DNA from: Alphaproteobacteria bacterium
Lineage (GTDB): Bacteria; Pseudomonadota; Alphaproteobacteria; UBA8366
Reading direction: 5' to 3'
DNA length: 64,000 nucleotides
Assembly (NCBI GenBank): GCA_049601975.1
Contig: JBMYRC010000001.1
Location: 18,041 to 82,040, forward strand
The notes beneath the pieces were generated by a model. The model was not told where the DNA came from. It did not search any database and was given only the letters and a program-made list of their open reading frames with translations. Below are positions 30,532 through 40,104 of the stretch, piece after piece (the stretch's first letter is position 1; every line of letters begins with the position of its first letter). Made by a program: the position numbers and the translations under genes.

Positions 30532-31656
30532 ATGGTCGCATTGATGGAAAATGAAATCGAAGGACATCCGGGCCGCCATTGGCAGCTCCTTGATGACGGG
30601 CGCATTCAATGCGATGTGTGCCCGCGCGAGTGCCGTCTGAAGGAAGGGCAGCGCGGGCTTTGCTTCGTGCGGGCGCGGAGCGGCGACCAAATCGTGCTGA
30701 CGACCTATGGGCGTTCCAGTGGGTTCTGCATCGACCCGGTTGAGAAAAAGCCGCTCAATCATTTCCTGCCGGGCACGCCTATCCTCAGTTTTGGGACGGC
30801 GGGCTGTAATCTGACCTGCAAGTTCTGTCAGAACTGGGACATCTCTAAATCGCGGGAGATGGACCGGCTGATGGATCAGGCGACACCGGAATTGATCGCG
30901 CTCGCCGCGCAACAGACGGGGTGCCGCTCGGTCGCCTATACCTATAACGACCCGACGATCTTTTTGGAGTATGCGGTCGATGTGGGACATGCTTGCCACG
31001 CGCATGACATTAAGAACGTGGCGGTGACGGCGGGGTATATGAAAGAGGCGGCGCGGGAGGATTTCTTCTCGGTGATGGACGCCGCGAATGTCGATCTGAA
31101 AGCGTTTACGGAATCATTCTACAAAACGCTCTGCACGGCGGAATTGGCCTCGGTATTGGATACGCTGAAATACTTAAAGCATGAGACCGATGTTTGGTTT
31201 GAGATCACGACCCTGCTAATCCCGGATGAGAACGACTCTGAAGGTGAAATCGAAGAGATGACGCAATGGGTCGTCGAACATTTGGGCCCTGATGTTCCGA
31301 TGCATTTCACCGCATTTCATCCCGACTACAAGATGCGCGACAAGACGCGCACACCGCCGGAGACCTTGTTCCGCGCCTGGCGCATCGCGCGCAAGAACGG
31401 CATCCACTATGCCTATACCGGCAATATTCACGACAAGGCGACCGGCAGCACCTATTGCCATGGCTGCGGGCTGCGCTTGATCGGGCGCGACTGGCATTTG
31501 CTCGACGATTGGGGTGTGACGCAAAGCGGTCTGTGTAGCCGCTGCGGGACAGCCTGTGCCGGCGTTTTCGAGGATCATCCTGGCGACTGGGGCCGAAAGC
31601 GCCAGCCGATTCGGCTCAGCGATTTTGCGGCACGGTTGGACTCGGCGGGCGCTTAA
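30532..31656 (+). CDS. AmmeMemoRadiSam system radical SAM enzyme
   Basis: N-terminal extra Cys motif QCDVCPRECRL, a radical SAM CNLTCKFCQNW (CxxxCxxC) motif and a PFL-activase-like body. Divergent from the Memo/AMMECR1 gene. Confidence 0.85.
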   Translation: MVALMENEIEGHPGRHWQLLDDGRIQCDVCPRECRLKEGQRGLCFVRARSGDQIVLTTYGRSSGFCIDPVEKKPLNHFLPGTPILSFGTAGCNLTCKFCQNWDISKSREMDRLMDQATPELIALAAQQTGCRSVAYTYNDPTIFLEYAVDVGHACHAHDIKNVAVTAGYMKEAAREDFFSVMDAANVDLKAFTESFYKTLCTAELASVLDTLKYLKHETDVWFEITTLLIPDENDSEGEIEEMTQWVVEHLGPDVPMHFTAFHPDYKMRDKTRTPPETLFRAWRIARKNGIHYAYTGNIHDKATGSTYCHGCGLRLIGRDWHLLDDWGVTQSGLCSRCGTACAGVFEDHPGDWGRKRQPIRLSDFAARLDSAGA

Positions 31657-31774
31657 TTCAAGCGATTGCGAGATAGACACGCCATGCCCGTTATTGTGGC
31701 TTCAACACCGCGTGACAATCCACCGAATTCGTTTACCTTCGCGATAGGTGGGGACCGGCAGTTTAAGAACGAAA

Positions 31775-32377
31775 ATGCAGACTGAAGAATATCAACGCAG
31801 AATTCGGGAATTCTACGGACCGTTACTCGCGGAGCACGGTGACGAGTCCGCAGCCGTGGGCTATCCAGAAGCCGCCGGACAGCAGGGCCGTTACGTCATG
31901 CTGTGCGAAGTCGGCGATCTGAAGAACGCATCGATCCTCGATATCGGATGTGGATTGGGCCACTTGCTCGATTTTCTCAAGGAAAATGGATTCGAAGGCG
32001 ACTACCTTGGCATCGACTTGCAGGAAGAGATGGTCGAGAGATCCCGTAAACGTCACCCGGACGCGCGTTTCGAGGTGGTGAACTTCTTGATGGAGACGCC
32101 CGATTTTGAGGGACGCGACTTTATCTTGGCGAGCGGCGTGTTACAGCACTGCGAGAAGGCACTGCGCGAGCGCATTATCGCGCGGATGTATGAGAAATGC
32201 GGGACCGCCGCGGCCTTTAATGCGTTCTCGACCTGGTACGGCAAACATCCGGATCCGAGGTTCCATATTGCCGACCCGCTCGAAGTGCTTGATTTTTGCC
32301 GAAGTATGACGACGCGTCTGTTATTTCGGCACGAATACGTCGCCCACGACTTTTCCGTCTATATGTACCGGCCGTAA
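31775..32377 (+). CDS. Class I SAM-dependent methyltransferase
   Basis: ILDIGCGLGHLL motif I. The track ORF starts at GTG 31748, and ATG 31775 is equally plausible. Confidence 0.7.
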   Translation: MQTEEYQRRIREFYGPLLAEHGDESAAVGYPEAAGQQGRYVMLCEVGDLKNASILDIGCGLGHLLDFLKENGFEGDYLGIDLQEEMVERSRKRHPDARFEVVNFLMETPDFEGRDFILASGVLQHCEKALRERIIARMYEKCGTAAAFNAFSTWYGKHPDPRFHIADPLEVLDFCRSMTTRLLFRHEYVAHDFSVYMYRP

Positions 32378-32396
32378 TAGCGGTGCACAGAAAAAT

Positions 32397-32448
32397 CCCC
32401 CGGCCGAACCGATGACCGGGGGAAGGAAGCCCAGGGGGACTGCTTCCT
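32397..32448. terminator. Two tandem hairpins between convergent genes (bidirectional terminator candidate)
   Basis: CCCCCGG (32397-403) pairs with CCGGGGG (32416-22). AGGAAGC (32424-30) pairs with GCTTCCT (32442-48). Located between the methyltransferase stop (32377) and the nrdB stop (32467). Confidence 0.45.
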
Positions 32449-32466
32449 CGGGAAGAAGAAGTATTC

Positions 32467-33426
32467 CTATTCGAATGCTTCTTCCCAGCTGCCGCGCGTC
32501 GCGGCGCGGGAATATTCGGTGGCGCGATTCTCAAAGAAATTCGCGTGCTCCACGCCATTGAGCATTTCATCCATCCAAGGGAGCGGATTGCTCTCGATGT
32601 GATGAATGGGATTCAGACCGAGTTGTCCAAGTCTTCGGTCCGCGATGTAACGGATGTATTTTTTGACATCGTCGGCTTCCAATCCTTCGACGCCGCCCAT
32701 CTCGAAGGCGAGGTCGATAAACGCATCTTCATGGTCGACGATGGTCGAGGCGGCGACATAAAGGTCGTGCTGTAGCTCCTCGGTCCAGATGTCTTCGTTC
32801 TCTGAAATGAATGTCTTGAAGAGGCGGATGATCGAGTTGGTGTGCAGCGATTCGTCACGCACCGACCATGTCACGATTTGCCCCATGCCCTTCATCTTAT
32901 TGAAGCGCGGGAAGTTCATCAGGATCGCGAAGCTGGCGAACAGTTGCAGACCTTCGGTGAAGGCGCCGAAGATGGCTAGGGTCTTGGCGATATCCTCGCG
33001 GCTGCCGACGCCCCATTGCTGCATGTAGTCGTATTTGTCCTTCATCGCCTTGTATTTGAGGAAGGCCTGATACTCGGCTTCCGGAATTCCCAGCGTGTCG
33101 AGCAAATGCGAATAGGCGGCGATGTGGACGGTTTCCATATTGGAAAACGCCGACAGCATCATCTGAACTTCGGTCGGTTTGAAGACCTGCGAGTAATGCT
33201 TCATGTAGCAGTTGTTGACCTCGACATCCGCTTGCGTGAAAAAGCGGAAAATCTGGGTCAGCAGGTTTTGCTCGGCCGGAGTAAGATTTTTATGCCAATC
33301 TTTAACGTCGTCGGCGAGCGGTACCTCTTCGGGCAGCCAGTGGATGCGCTGTTGGGTCAGCCAGGCGTCATAGGCCCACGGGTAGTGGAACGGCTTATAA
33401 ATCGGTTTGGAATCTAACAGCGACAT
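32467..33426 (-). CDS. nrdB: Ribonucleoside-diphosphate reductase beta subunit (class I)
   Basis: Ferritin-like di-iron protein with WLPEEV, an E..H motif (METVHIAAYSHLL) and VRDESLH. Immediately downstream of the alpha subunit. Confidence 0.9.
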   Translation of the reverse strand: MSLLDSKPIYKPFHYPWAYDAWLTQQRIHWLPEEVPLADDVKDWHKNLTPAEQNLLTQIFRFFTQADVEVNNCYMKHYSQVFKPTEVQMMLSAFSNMETVHIAAYSHLLDTLGIPEAEYQAFLKYKAMKDKYDYMQQWGVGSREDIAKTLAIFGAFTEGLQLFASFAILMNFPRFNKMKGMGQIVTWSVRDESLHTNSIIRLFKTFISENEDIWTEELQHDLYVAASTIVDHEDAFIDLAFEMGGVEGLEADDVKKYIRYIADRRLGQLGLNPIHHIESNPLPWMDEMLNGVEHANFFENRATEYSRAATRGSWEEAFE

Positions 33427-33458
33427 TTTAGCGATACGTCCTTAAGTCGATCTTCTGG

Positions 33459-35420
33459 TTACTGACAGGCGAGGCATTCTTCGTAGTCGATCGGCTCCGC
33501 GGGTTGATCCCCACCATTCACCTTACCGAGATGAGGCACGGCAAGTTGTCCGGCGTCTTGGTTAGCGACCACTTCGGCGCGTTGAATCGATTTGGAGCGG
33601 CAGTAATACAGGCTCTTCACACCCTTCTTCCACGCTTGGTAATGCAGTTGATGCAAATCCCGTTTGTGGATGTCGGCGGGCAGGAACAGGTTGATCGATT
33701 GCGATTGGCAAATCGAATCGGAACGATCGCCTGCGTGCTCAATAATCCAACGCTGGTCGATCTCGAACGCGGTCCGGAAGACGGCTTTTTCGTCTTCGGT
33801 CAGGAAATCGAGATGCTGCACCGAGCCCTCATGGGTCGTGATCGAGGACCACGTCTCGTCGTCGTCCTTGCCTTTCTCCGCCAGCAGTTCCCGCAGATAC
33901 GGGTTGCGCACATTGAACGAGCCGGACAGCGTCTTGTGGGTGAAACTGTTGGCGGCCACGGGCTCGATCCCCGGCGACGCACCGCCGCAAATAATCGAAA
34001 TCGACGCGGTCGGCGCCACGGAAAGCTTGTTGGAGAAGCGTTCCTTGATGCCGAAATCTTCCGCATCCGGGCACGCACCGCGCTCTTCCGCGAGGGCCAC
34101 CGACGCGGCATCCGCTTCCGCCCGGATATGCTTGAACATGCGCATATTCCAGACTTTCGCCATCGCGCCCTCGAAGGGAATCTTGTTTGCTTGCAAGAAG
34201 GAATGGAAGCCCATCACGCCGAGGCCGACAGAGCGTTCCCGCATCGCCGCGTAACTTGCGCGGCTGAAATCTTCCGGGGCGTTGTCGATGAAATCTTGCA
34301 GAACATTGTCGAGGAAACGCATAACGTCCCCGATGAACTCCGGGTGTTTTTCCCACTCGGTATATTTCTCGACGTTGAGTGAAGAGAGGCAGCAGACCGC
34401 CGTCCTGTCCTCGCCGAATCGGTCGATGCCCGTCGGCAAGGTGATCTCGGAACAAAGGTTCGAGGTTTTGACCTCGAGCCCGCCAAGCTTTTGATGCTCG
34501 GGCAGTGCCTTGTTCACATGATCGATATTGATGAGGTAGGGCTCGCCGGTCTCGATGCGTGACGTGAGGATGCGAATCCAAAGGCCGCGCGCGGAAATTT
34601 TCCGTAGGACCGAGCCGTCCTTGGGGCTGGTGAGCGCCCATTCGGCGTCCGCCTCGACCGCGCGCATGAAGGCGTCGGGCACCAGCACTCCGTGGTGTAG
34701 GTTCAACGCCTTGCGATTCGGGTCTCCGCCGGTGGGGCGACGCAGTTCGACGAATTCCTCGATCTCCGGGTGGCTGAGCGGCAGATAGACCGCCGCACTG
34801 CCGCGCCGCAGCGACCCTTGGCTAATCGCCAGGGTTAGCGAATCCATAACGCGAATGAAGGGAATGACGCCTGATGTCTTGCCGTTATGGCCAACGCGCT
34901 CGCCGATGGAGCGCAGGTTGCCCCAGTAACTGCCGATGCCGCCGCCACGCGCCGCGAGCCAAACATTCTCATTCCATAGGCCGAGGATGCCTTCCAAGCT
35001 GTCCGTCGCCTCGTTGAGGAAGCAAGAAATCGGCAAGCCTCGCGAGGTGCCGCCATTGGAGAGGACCGGGGTCGAGGGCATGAACCAATGCCGGCTCATA
35101 TAATCGTAGAGGCGCTGGGCATGCTCCGAATCGTCCGCGTAATGCATCGCGACTCGGGCGAACAAATCCTGAAATTCCTCTCCCGGCATGAGATATCGGT
35201 CGGTCAGCGTCGCCTTGCCGAAAAGGGTCAGAAATTCGTCACGTCGACGGTCTATGATGACGCGGATTCCGCGCTCGTTTTGCTTTATGTCTCTATAATC
35301 CTGGGCGTCCAGGTCCGAATCCAAGGATGTTGCCAGAAGGTCGGAATCGTCCTCTACTGGCCGTGTCGCAGAGTTATCCACAACCGCCCCATCCCGCAGA
35401 GTAGCAACCGATCCGTCCAT
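33459..35420 (-). CDS. nrdA: Ribonucleoside-diphosphate reductase alpha subunit (short form, no obvious ATP-cone)
   Basis: STPVLSNGG...LPISCFLN, active-site SNLCSEI, and a C-terminal redox pair ECLACQ. Confidence 0.9.
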   Translation of the reverse strand: MDGSVATLRDGAVVDNSATRPVEDDSDLLATSLDSDLDAQDYRDIKQNERGIRVIIDRRRDEFLTLFGKATLTDRYLMPGEEFQDLFARVAMHYADDSEHAQRLYDYMSRHWFMPSTPVLSNGGTSRGLPISCFLNEATDSLEGILGLWNENVWLAARGGGIGSYWGNLRSIGERVGHNGKTSGVIPFIRVMDSLTLAISQGSLRRGSAAVYLPLSHPEIEEFVELRRPTGGDPNRKALNLHHGVLVPDAFMRAVEADAEWALTSPKDGSVLRKISARGLWIRILTSRIETGEPYLINIDHVNKALPEHQKLGGLEVKTSNLCSEITLPTGIDRFGEDRTAVCCLSSLNVEKYTEWEKHPEFIGDVMRFLDNVLQDFIDNAPEDFSRASYAAMRERSVGLGVMGFHSFLQANKIPFEGAMAKVWNMRMFKHIRAEADAASVALAEERGACPDAEDFGIKERFSNKLSVAPTASISIICGGASPGIEPVAANSFTHKTLSGSFNVRNPYLRELLAEKGKDDDETWSSITTHEGSVQHLDFLTEDEKAVFRTAFEIDQRWIIEHAGDRSDSICQSQSINLFLPADIHKRDLHQLHYQAWKKGVKSLYYCRSKSIQRAEVVANQDAGQLAVPHLGKVNGGDQPAEPIDYEECLACQ

Positions 35421-35434
35421 ATTTTCTCCCCCTA

Positions 35435-35448
35435 TCCACAGCTGTGGA
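35435..35448. repeat. Perfect 14-bp palindrome TCCACAGCTGTGGA abutting the nrdA ribosome-binding site
   Basis: Read directly. The sequence is its own reverse complement and lies 15-28 nt upstream of the nrdA ATG (35420). Function unknown. Confidence 0.5.
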
Positions 35449-35622
35449 ACGAAAGTTTTGTGAATAAAGCACTAGATTTCGTATATGATGAACGACACGA
35501 TACCAGATATTGAAGTGCTGTCATCGTGAACAAAATAAGAACATTAATAAAAAAATAACTCCTGTATAATGTAGGAGTCAACAACCTCGTGTAGGCCCCG
35601 GACCGAATGTGGAGAAATCTTG

Positions 35623-36183
35623 ATGAAACTTAATCTAGGCTGCGGATTCTATAAGCTCGACGGTTTTCACAATGTTGATAATTTCGACGGGTGCGAGCCG
35701 GATGAAGTGGCCGATCTTGAGGTTTTCCCATGGCCGTGGGCGGACGACTCGGTTGACGAAATCGTCATGAGCCATGTGCTGGAGCATCTCGGACAAGAAA
35801 CAGACGTCTATTTCTCGATCATCAAGGAACTCTACCGGGTTTGTTGCAATGGCGCCGAAGTCCGAATCGCGGTGCCGCATCCGCGCCACGACGACTTTCT
35901 CAACGACCCGACCCATGTCCGCGCCGTGACGGTGGAGGCGCTCGCGATGTTCTCCAAGAAGGCGTGCGACGAATTTGTCCGGCAAAAAGCGGCGAATACC
36001 CCACTTGCCCATATGCTCGGTGTCGATTTCGAGATGGAGGACATGAAATTCACGCTCGAGCAACCGTGGCTCTCGAAAGTGCAATCCAGCGCCATGGGCG
36101 ATACAGAGTTGTTGCTCGCAATCCGTCAGCACAACAATGTTATCAAGGAAACATCTGTAAAATTACGGGTGAAAAAGGGCTGA
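35623..36183 (+). CDS. Class I SAM-dependent methyltransferase (type 11-like)
   Basis: LNLGCG...VDEIVMSHVLEHL motifs. GGAGA lies 7 nt upstream of ATG 35623. Confidence 0.65.
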   Translation: MKLNLGCGFYKLDGFHNVDNFDGCEPDEVADLEVFPWPWADDSVDEIVMSHVLEHLGQETDVYFSIIKELYRVCCNGAEVRIAVPHPRHDDFLNDPTHVRAVTVEALAMFSKKACDEFVRQKAANTPLAHMLGVDFEMEDMKFTLEQPWLSKVQSSAMGDTELLLAIRQHNNVIKETSVKLRVKKG

Positions 36184-36236
36184 ACGCGACTAACATTGTT
36201 CACTAATCCTTGAGGTCAGGAATTCGGGAGCAATCC

Positions 36237-37007
36237 ATGGCTATACTCGAAGTTCTCCGCGTCCCCGTTTTGAACGACAATTACGTTTGGCTGGCGCATG
36301 AGACGACATCCGGCGTGACGGCGGCCATCGACCCCGCGGTTGTCGATCCTGTATTGGCGGCGCTGGCGGAAAAGGGGTGGATGCTCACCCATATTCTGAA
36401 CACTCACCATCATAATGACCACACCGGCGGCAATTTGGCGCTTAAGGCGAAAACCGGCTGCACCATTGTGGGCTCGCGTAAGGATCGCGATCGTATTCCC
36501 GGCATCGATATCGAAGTCGGTGAAGGTGATACCTACACATTGGGTAAAGCCATCGGCCGGGTCTTCGACGTCTCGGGACACACGCTCGGGCATATCGCAT
36601 ATTGGTTTGAGGAAAGCGCCGCGCTGTTTTGCGGTGACACCATGTTCGCAATGGGGTGTGGGCGGGTGATCGAGGGAGAGTTCGGGCAAATGCTCGAGTC
36701 ATTAGAGAAACTAAAAGGCCTGCCGGGTGGCACGCAGGTTTATTGCGCGCATGAGTACACGCAGAAGAACGGGCAATTCGCGCTGACGGTGGAGCCACAA
36801 AACCCAGATCTCATCGCCCGAATGCGGGATGTAGACGACAAACGCGCGCGCGATATTGCGACGGTTCCCTCGCGTCTCGACGAAGAATGGAAGACCAACC
36901 CGTTTTTGCGGCCTGATAGCCCGCACCTACAAGAAACCATCGGTCTTGCGGGTGCCGGATTGGTCGACGTATTCGCCGAGACTCGGCGGCGTAAGGATGC
37001 GTTTTAA
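36237..37007 (+). CDS. gloB: Hydroxyacylglutathione hydrolase (glyoxalase II)
   Basis: VLNDNYVWL..., the metallo-beta-lactamase THHHNDHTGGN motif, and C-terminal NPFLR. ATG 36237 follows GGGAG. Confidence 0.85.
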   Translation: MAILEVLRVPVLNDNYVWLAHETTSGVTAAIDPAVVDPVLAALAEKGWMLTHILNTHHHNDHTGGNLALKAKTGCTIVGSRKDRDRIPGIDIEVGEGDTYTLGKAIGRVFDVSGHTLGHIAYWFEESAALFCGDTMFAMGCGRVIEGEFGQMLESLEKLKGLPGGTQVYCAHEYTQKNGQFALTVEPQNPDLIARMRDVDDKRARDIATVPSRLDEEWKTNPFLRPDSPHLQETIGLAGAGLVDVFAETRRRKDAF

Positions 37008-37034
37008 CTCAAAGCTTCAAAAAAGGCAGAAATA

Positions 37035-38765
37035 ATGGCCATTGATCGCCCGAACGAGCCCGAACGTCCCGTCGGTACTGAAAATGCGGAAATGGGATGG
37101 GGCAGCGATGTCGTCGCCGAACTGGTTCGCCGTCTCGATATTCCTTATATAGCCGTGGTGCCGGGTGCCAGTTATCGCGGTTTTCAGGACAGTCTCGTCA
37201 ATTATCTTGGCAATCGCGATCCGCAGATGCTGGTCTGCCTACACGAGGAACATTGCGTCGCCATCGCGCACGGTTACGCTAAGGTCACGGACAAACCGAT
37301 GGCTGCGGCAGTACACAGCAATGTGGGACTGATGCACGCGACCATGGCGGTCTTTGATGCTTGGTGCGACCGGGCGCCGGTAATCGTGTTCGGCGCGACC
37401 GGGCCTGTCGACGCGGCCCTGCGGCGACCATGGATCGATTGGATACACACGTCCCGGGATCAAGGTGCCTTGGTCCGCGACTATGTTAAATGGGACGATC
37501 AGCCAGGCTCGCCCGAAGCGGCCATCGAATCGGTTCTGCGGGCGAACCGCATTATGCGCCGTCACCCTCAAGGCCCGGTCTATATCGTCCTCGATGTGGC
37601 GATGCAGGAATCGAAACTCGATCCGGTGCCGGAGATTCCCGATGTCGCGCGCTATGCCGTGGAACCTGATCCAACACCCACTATCGAGTCCGTCACGGCG
37701 GCGCTTGAAATGCTGAAATCTGCCACGTCGCCGCTGATCATGGTAGGGCGGGTCTCGCGAAATCAGGCCGATTGGGACCGGCGAGTTGCGTTTGTGGAAG
37801 CGCTCGGCGCGAATGTGATTACCAATCAGCGGATCGCAGCGGCCTTTCCAACCCATCATCCCCTGCACCCCAATCACCTGAACTATCGAACAACAGCGGA
37901 AGACGAAGCGCTCATCCGCGAAGCGGACGTTATCCTGAATCTGGATTGGCTGGATTTTGGCGGAACGCTAAAGGCGGCTGGTGGTGTCGGCGCAAAAATC
38001 ATCAGCGTTTCCATGGACGACCTCAATTCCAATGGTTGGTCGTTCGACCATCATGTGTTGCCCGCGGTCGATCTACCGATCTTGTCAACGCCGGACAGTT
38101 TCGTCGCGTCGGCTTTGCCGCAGTTGCCCGTAGGCGAAAAGCGAACTTATTCAATCGCTTCCAGTGCGCCGCCGACAGGATCAGGTGCCATCGACCTCGT
38201 CTCTCTCGGCACGGCCGTGGATGCCGCGATCGGGGATCGCACTGCGACATATGTGCGTCTTCCCATTGGTTGGCCGGCACCGACGATCCGTATCGACGGT
38301 CCACTGGATTATATCGGCAATGACGGCGGCGCGGGTGTCGGGTCCGGTCCCGGCATGGTGGTGGGCTCGGCCTTGGCGCTCCAGGGGGCGGGCCGGTTAC
38401 CGGTCGCGATCATGGGCGACGGAGATTTCTTGATGGGCGTGTCCGCACTATGGACGGCGGCACATTACGGTATCCCGTTGTTACTGATCATCAACAACAA
38501 CTGTTCCTATGGCAACGATGTCGCCCACCAATCCCGCATGGCGATCCAGCGGGGGCGTCCGGTCGAGAATCGCTGGATCGGTCAAAGCCTGGAAAATCCA
38601 CGGGTAGATATTCCGGCACAGGCCCGCTCCTACGGCGTGTCGGCGGGCGAGACGGTGCGTGACTTAAAGGACCTAATGCCTGCGCTCGAAGCCGGGATCA
38701 AGGCCGTGCAGGCGGGCGAATGTTATGTGCTGAATGTGGAGACTGCCGACGATAAGGTGGCATGA
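37035..38765 (+). CDS. Thiamine diphosphate-binding enzyme (acetolactate synthase/benzoylformate decarboxylase superfamily)
   Basis: Three-domain ThDP architecture with the C-terminal ThDP motif GDGDFLM...NN. Confidence 0.8.
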   Translation: MAIDRPNEPERPVGTENAEMGWGSDVVAELVRRLDIPYIAVVPGASYRGFQDSLVNYLGNRDPQMLVCLHEEHCVAIAHGYAKVTDKPMAAAVHSNVGLMHATMAVFDAWCDRAPVIVFGATGPVDAALRRPWIDWIHTSRDQGALVRDYVKWDDQPGSPEAAIESVLRANRIMRRHPQGPVYIVLDVAMQESKLDPVPEIPDVARYAVEPDPTPTIESVTAALEMLKSATSPLIMVGRVSRNQADWDRRVAFVEALGANVITNQRIAAAFPTHHPLHPNHLNYRTTAEDEALIREADVILNLDWLDFGGTLKAAGGVGAKIISVSMDDLNSNGWSFDHHVLPAVDLPILSTPDSFVASALPQLPVGEKRTYSIASSAPPTGSGAIDLVSLGTAVDAAIGDRTATYVRLPIGWPAPTIRIDGPLDYIGNDGGAGVGSGPGMVVGSALALQGAGRLPVAIMGDGDFLMGVSALWTAAHYGIPLLLIINNNCSYGNDVAHQSRMAIQRGRPVENRWIGQSLENPRVDIPAQARSYGVSAGETVRDLKDLMPALEAGIKAVQAGECYVLNVETADDKVA

Positions 38766-38822
38766 TCGAAACATGGCGACGAACGCGCAATTTGAGCCTA
38801 GGGAGGGAAGTAAATTCTATCC

Positions 38823-40037
38823 TTAGCCTCCATCGCCGTCCTCACCTCCGCTTTTGCGTCCTGTCTGAGGGGCGTCATTGTTGCTCGCTAGGCGCTCGAC
38901 GTCTTGGACCGACTTCAATTCGGAAGGCGTAGATTCGAGATAGATGCTCTGGCTCGGGAAGGCAAACGCTGCGCCCTCCTGTTCGACGATCCGTTTGAAC
39001 TCCAAAATGTTTTCATGAACGATCCGCCGCCATTCAACCCAATTTGTTGTTTTCGTAAAATAATAAAGCGAAATATCTATCGATGAGGCGCCAAAGTTGA
39101 CCAGGTGCACCATTTGCATCACTGCATCCGTACCAGGTTGGGCGATCGCGGGGTTGGATTGCAGGTGTTCCCGGATCCTATCGACAATGTTTTCCAATTG
39201 ATTTGCCGTTGAGCTGTATTCAACGCCGATCGTCATCTTGACCCGTCGGTTGGTCATTCGCGAATAATTTTTAATGGTTGATTCTGACATCCGCTTGTTG
39301 GGAATGGAGGTCACGGCCTTGTCGAATTCCCTCACCTTGGTAGTGGCAATTCCAATTTCGAAAACAGTACCCTCAATGTCCGGCGTTTTAATCCAATCGC
39401 CTCTGCGGAACTGTCCGTCCAGAAGGATTTTGATCCCCCCGAAAATATTGGCGATTGAGTCTTGCGCCCCGAAACCGACGGCCATCCCGAGAATACCCAA
39501 ACCACCTAATAGCGGGAGGACGTTGATGCCCCATTGCGAAAGAATGATGATGAAGCCAACGAGCGTAACGGCAATTCTCAACGCCTTGATAATGAGTAGT
39601 GTGAACTCTTCGGCGAAAAGGGTTTCGGATTTTTGAGTAATCTTGGAGAGTATCTTCTCCAGTACGGTCGAAAGGGGAGCGAGGATATTATAAGCCGCCC
39701 AGAAAAGGACGAAAGCGATTAACGTTTTGACCACCGTGAGGAAGAAACCAGAGGCGCCGGGCGAAAGCTCAAACCATTGGGTAAAGAAAAAGACGCCCAG
39801 GACGATCGGGATGAACTTTAGCGGTCCTTTCAGCGCGTCTAGAAATTCGCCATCCAGTTCCGTCGCTGTGCTCTCGGTGAACTTTGTCAGGTAACGAATG
39901 ACTGTATTCGCAAAAATTCTGCGAATCGCCAAGAATGCAATAATAATCAGTGCTCCTCCGATTATCTGCCCGGCGGGCATATCAAAGAACCTCTTCTCGA
40001 ACACCTCTCCTACGAGGATCAAAAATTCATCCAACAT
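38823..40037 (-). CDS. MscS-family mechanosensitive ion channel
   Basis: Multiple TM helices followed by the MscS beta-domain motif GDWIKTPDIEGTVFEIGIATTKVREFDKAVTSIPN. Confidence 0.85.
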   Translation of the reverse strand: MLDEFLILVGEVFEKRFFDMPAGQIIGGALIIIAFLAIRRIFANTVIRYLTKFTESTATELDGEFLDALKGPLKFIPIVLGVFFFTQWFELSPGASGFFLTVVKTLIAFVLFWAAYNILAPLSTVLEKILSKITQKSETLFAEEFTLLIIKALRIAVTLVGFIIILSQWGINVLPLLGGLGILGMAVGFGAQDSIANIFGGIKILLDGQFRRGDWIKTPDIEGTVFEIGIATTKVREFDKAVTSIPNKRMSESTIKNYSRMTNRRVKMTIGVEYSSTANQLENIVDRIREHLQSNPAIAQPGTDAVMQMVHLVNFGASSIDISLYYFTKTTNWVEWRRIVHENILEFKRIVEQEGAAFAFPSQSIYLESTPSELKSVQDVERLASNNDAPQTGRKSGGEDGDGG

Positions 40038-40104
40038 CGTCTGTCCTATCGATCAACGGGGTATGTAAAGATTTCGTAATGGAGCGGAATTTGATAATGG
40101 AGCC

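Noticed and set aside
35461-35520. Possible NrdR boxes, a cobalamin riboswitch, or a CtrA half-site (TTAATAAAAAAATAAC at ~35545) upstream of nrdA.
   Set aside because: I could not find two 16-bp palindromic NrdR-type boxes or a B12-box (AGYCMGGAGACCKGCC-like). The TTAA-N7 motif has only one good half-site. None of these can be supported without model scans.
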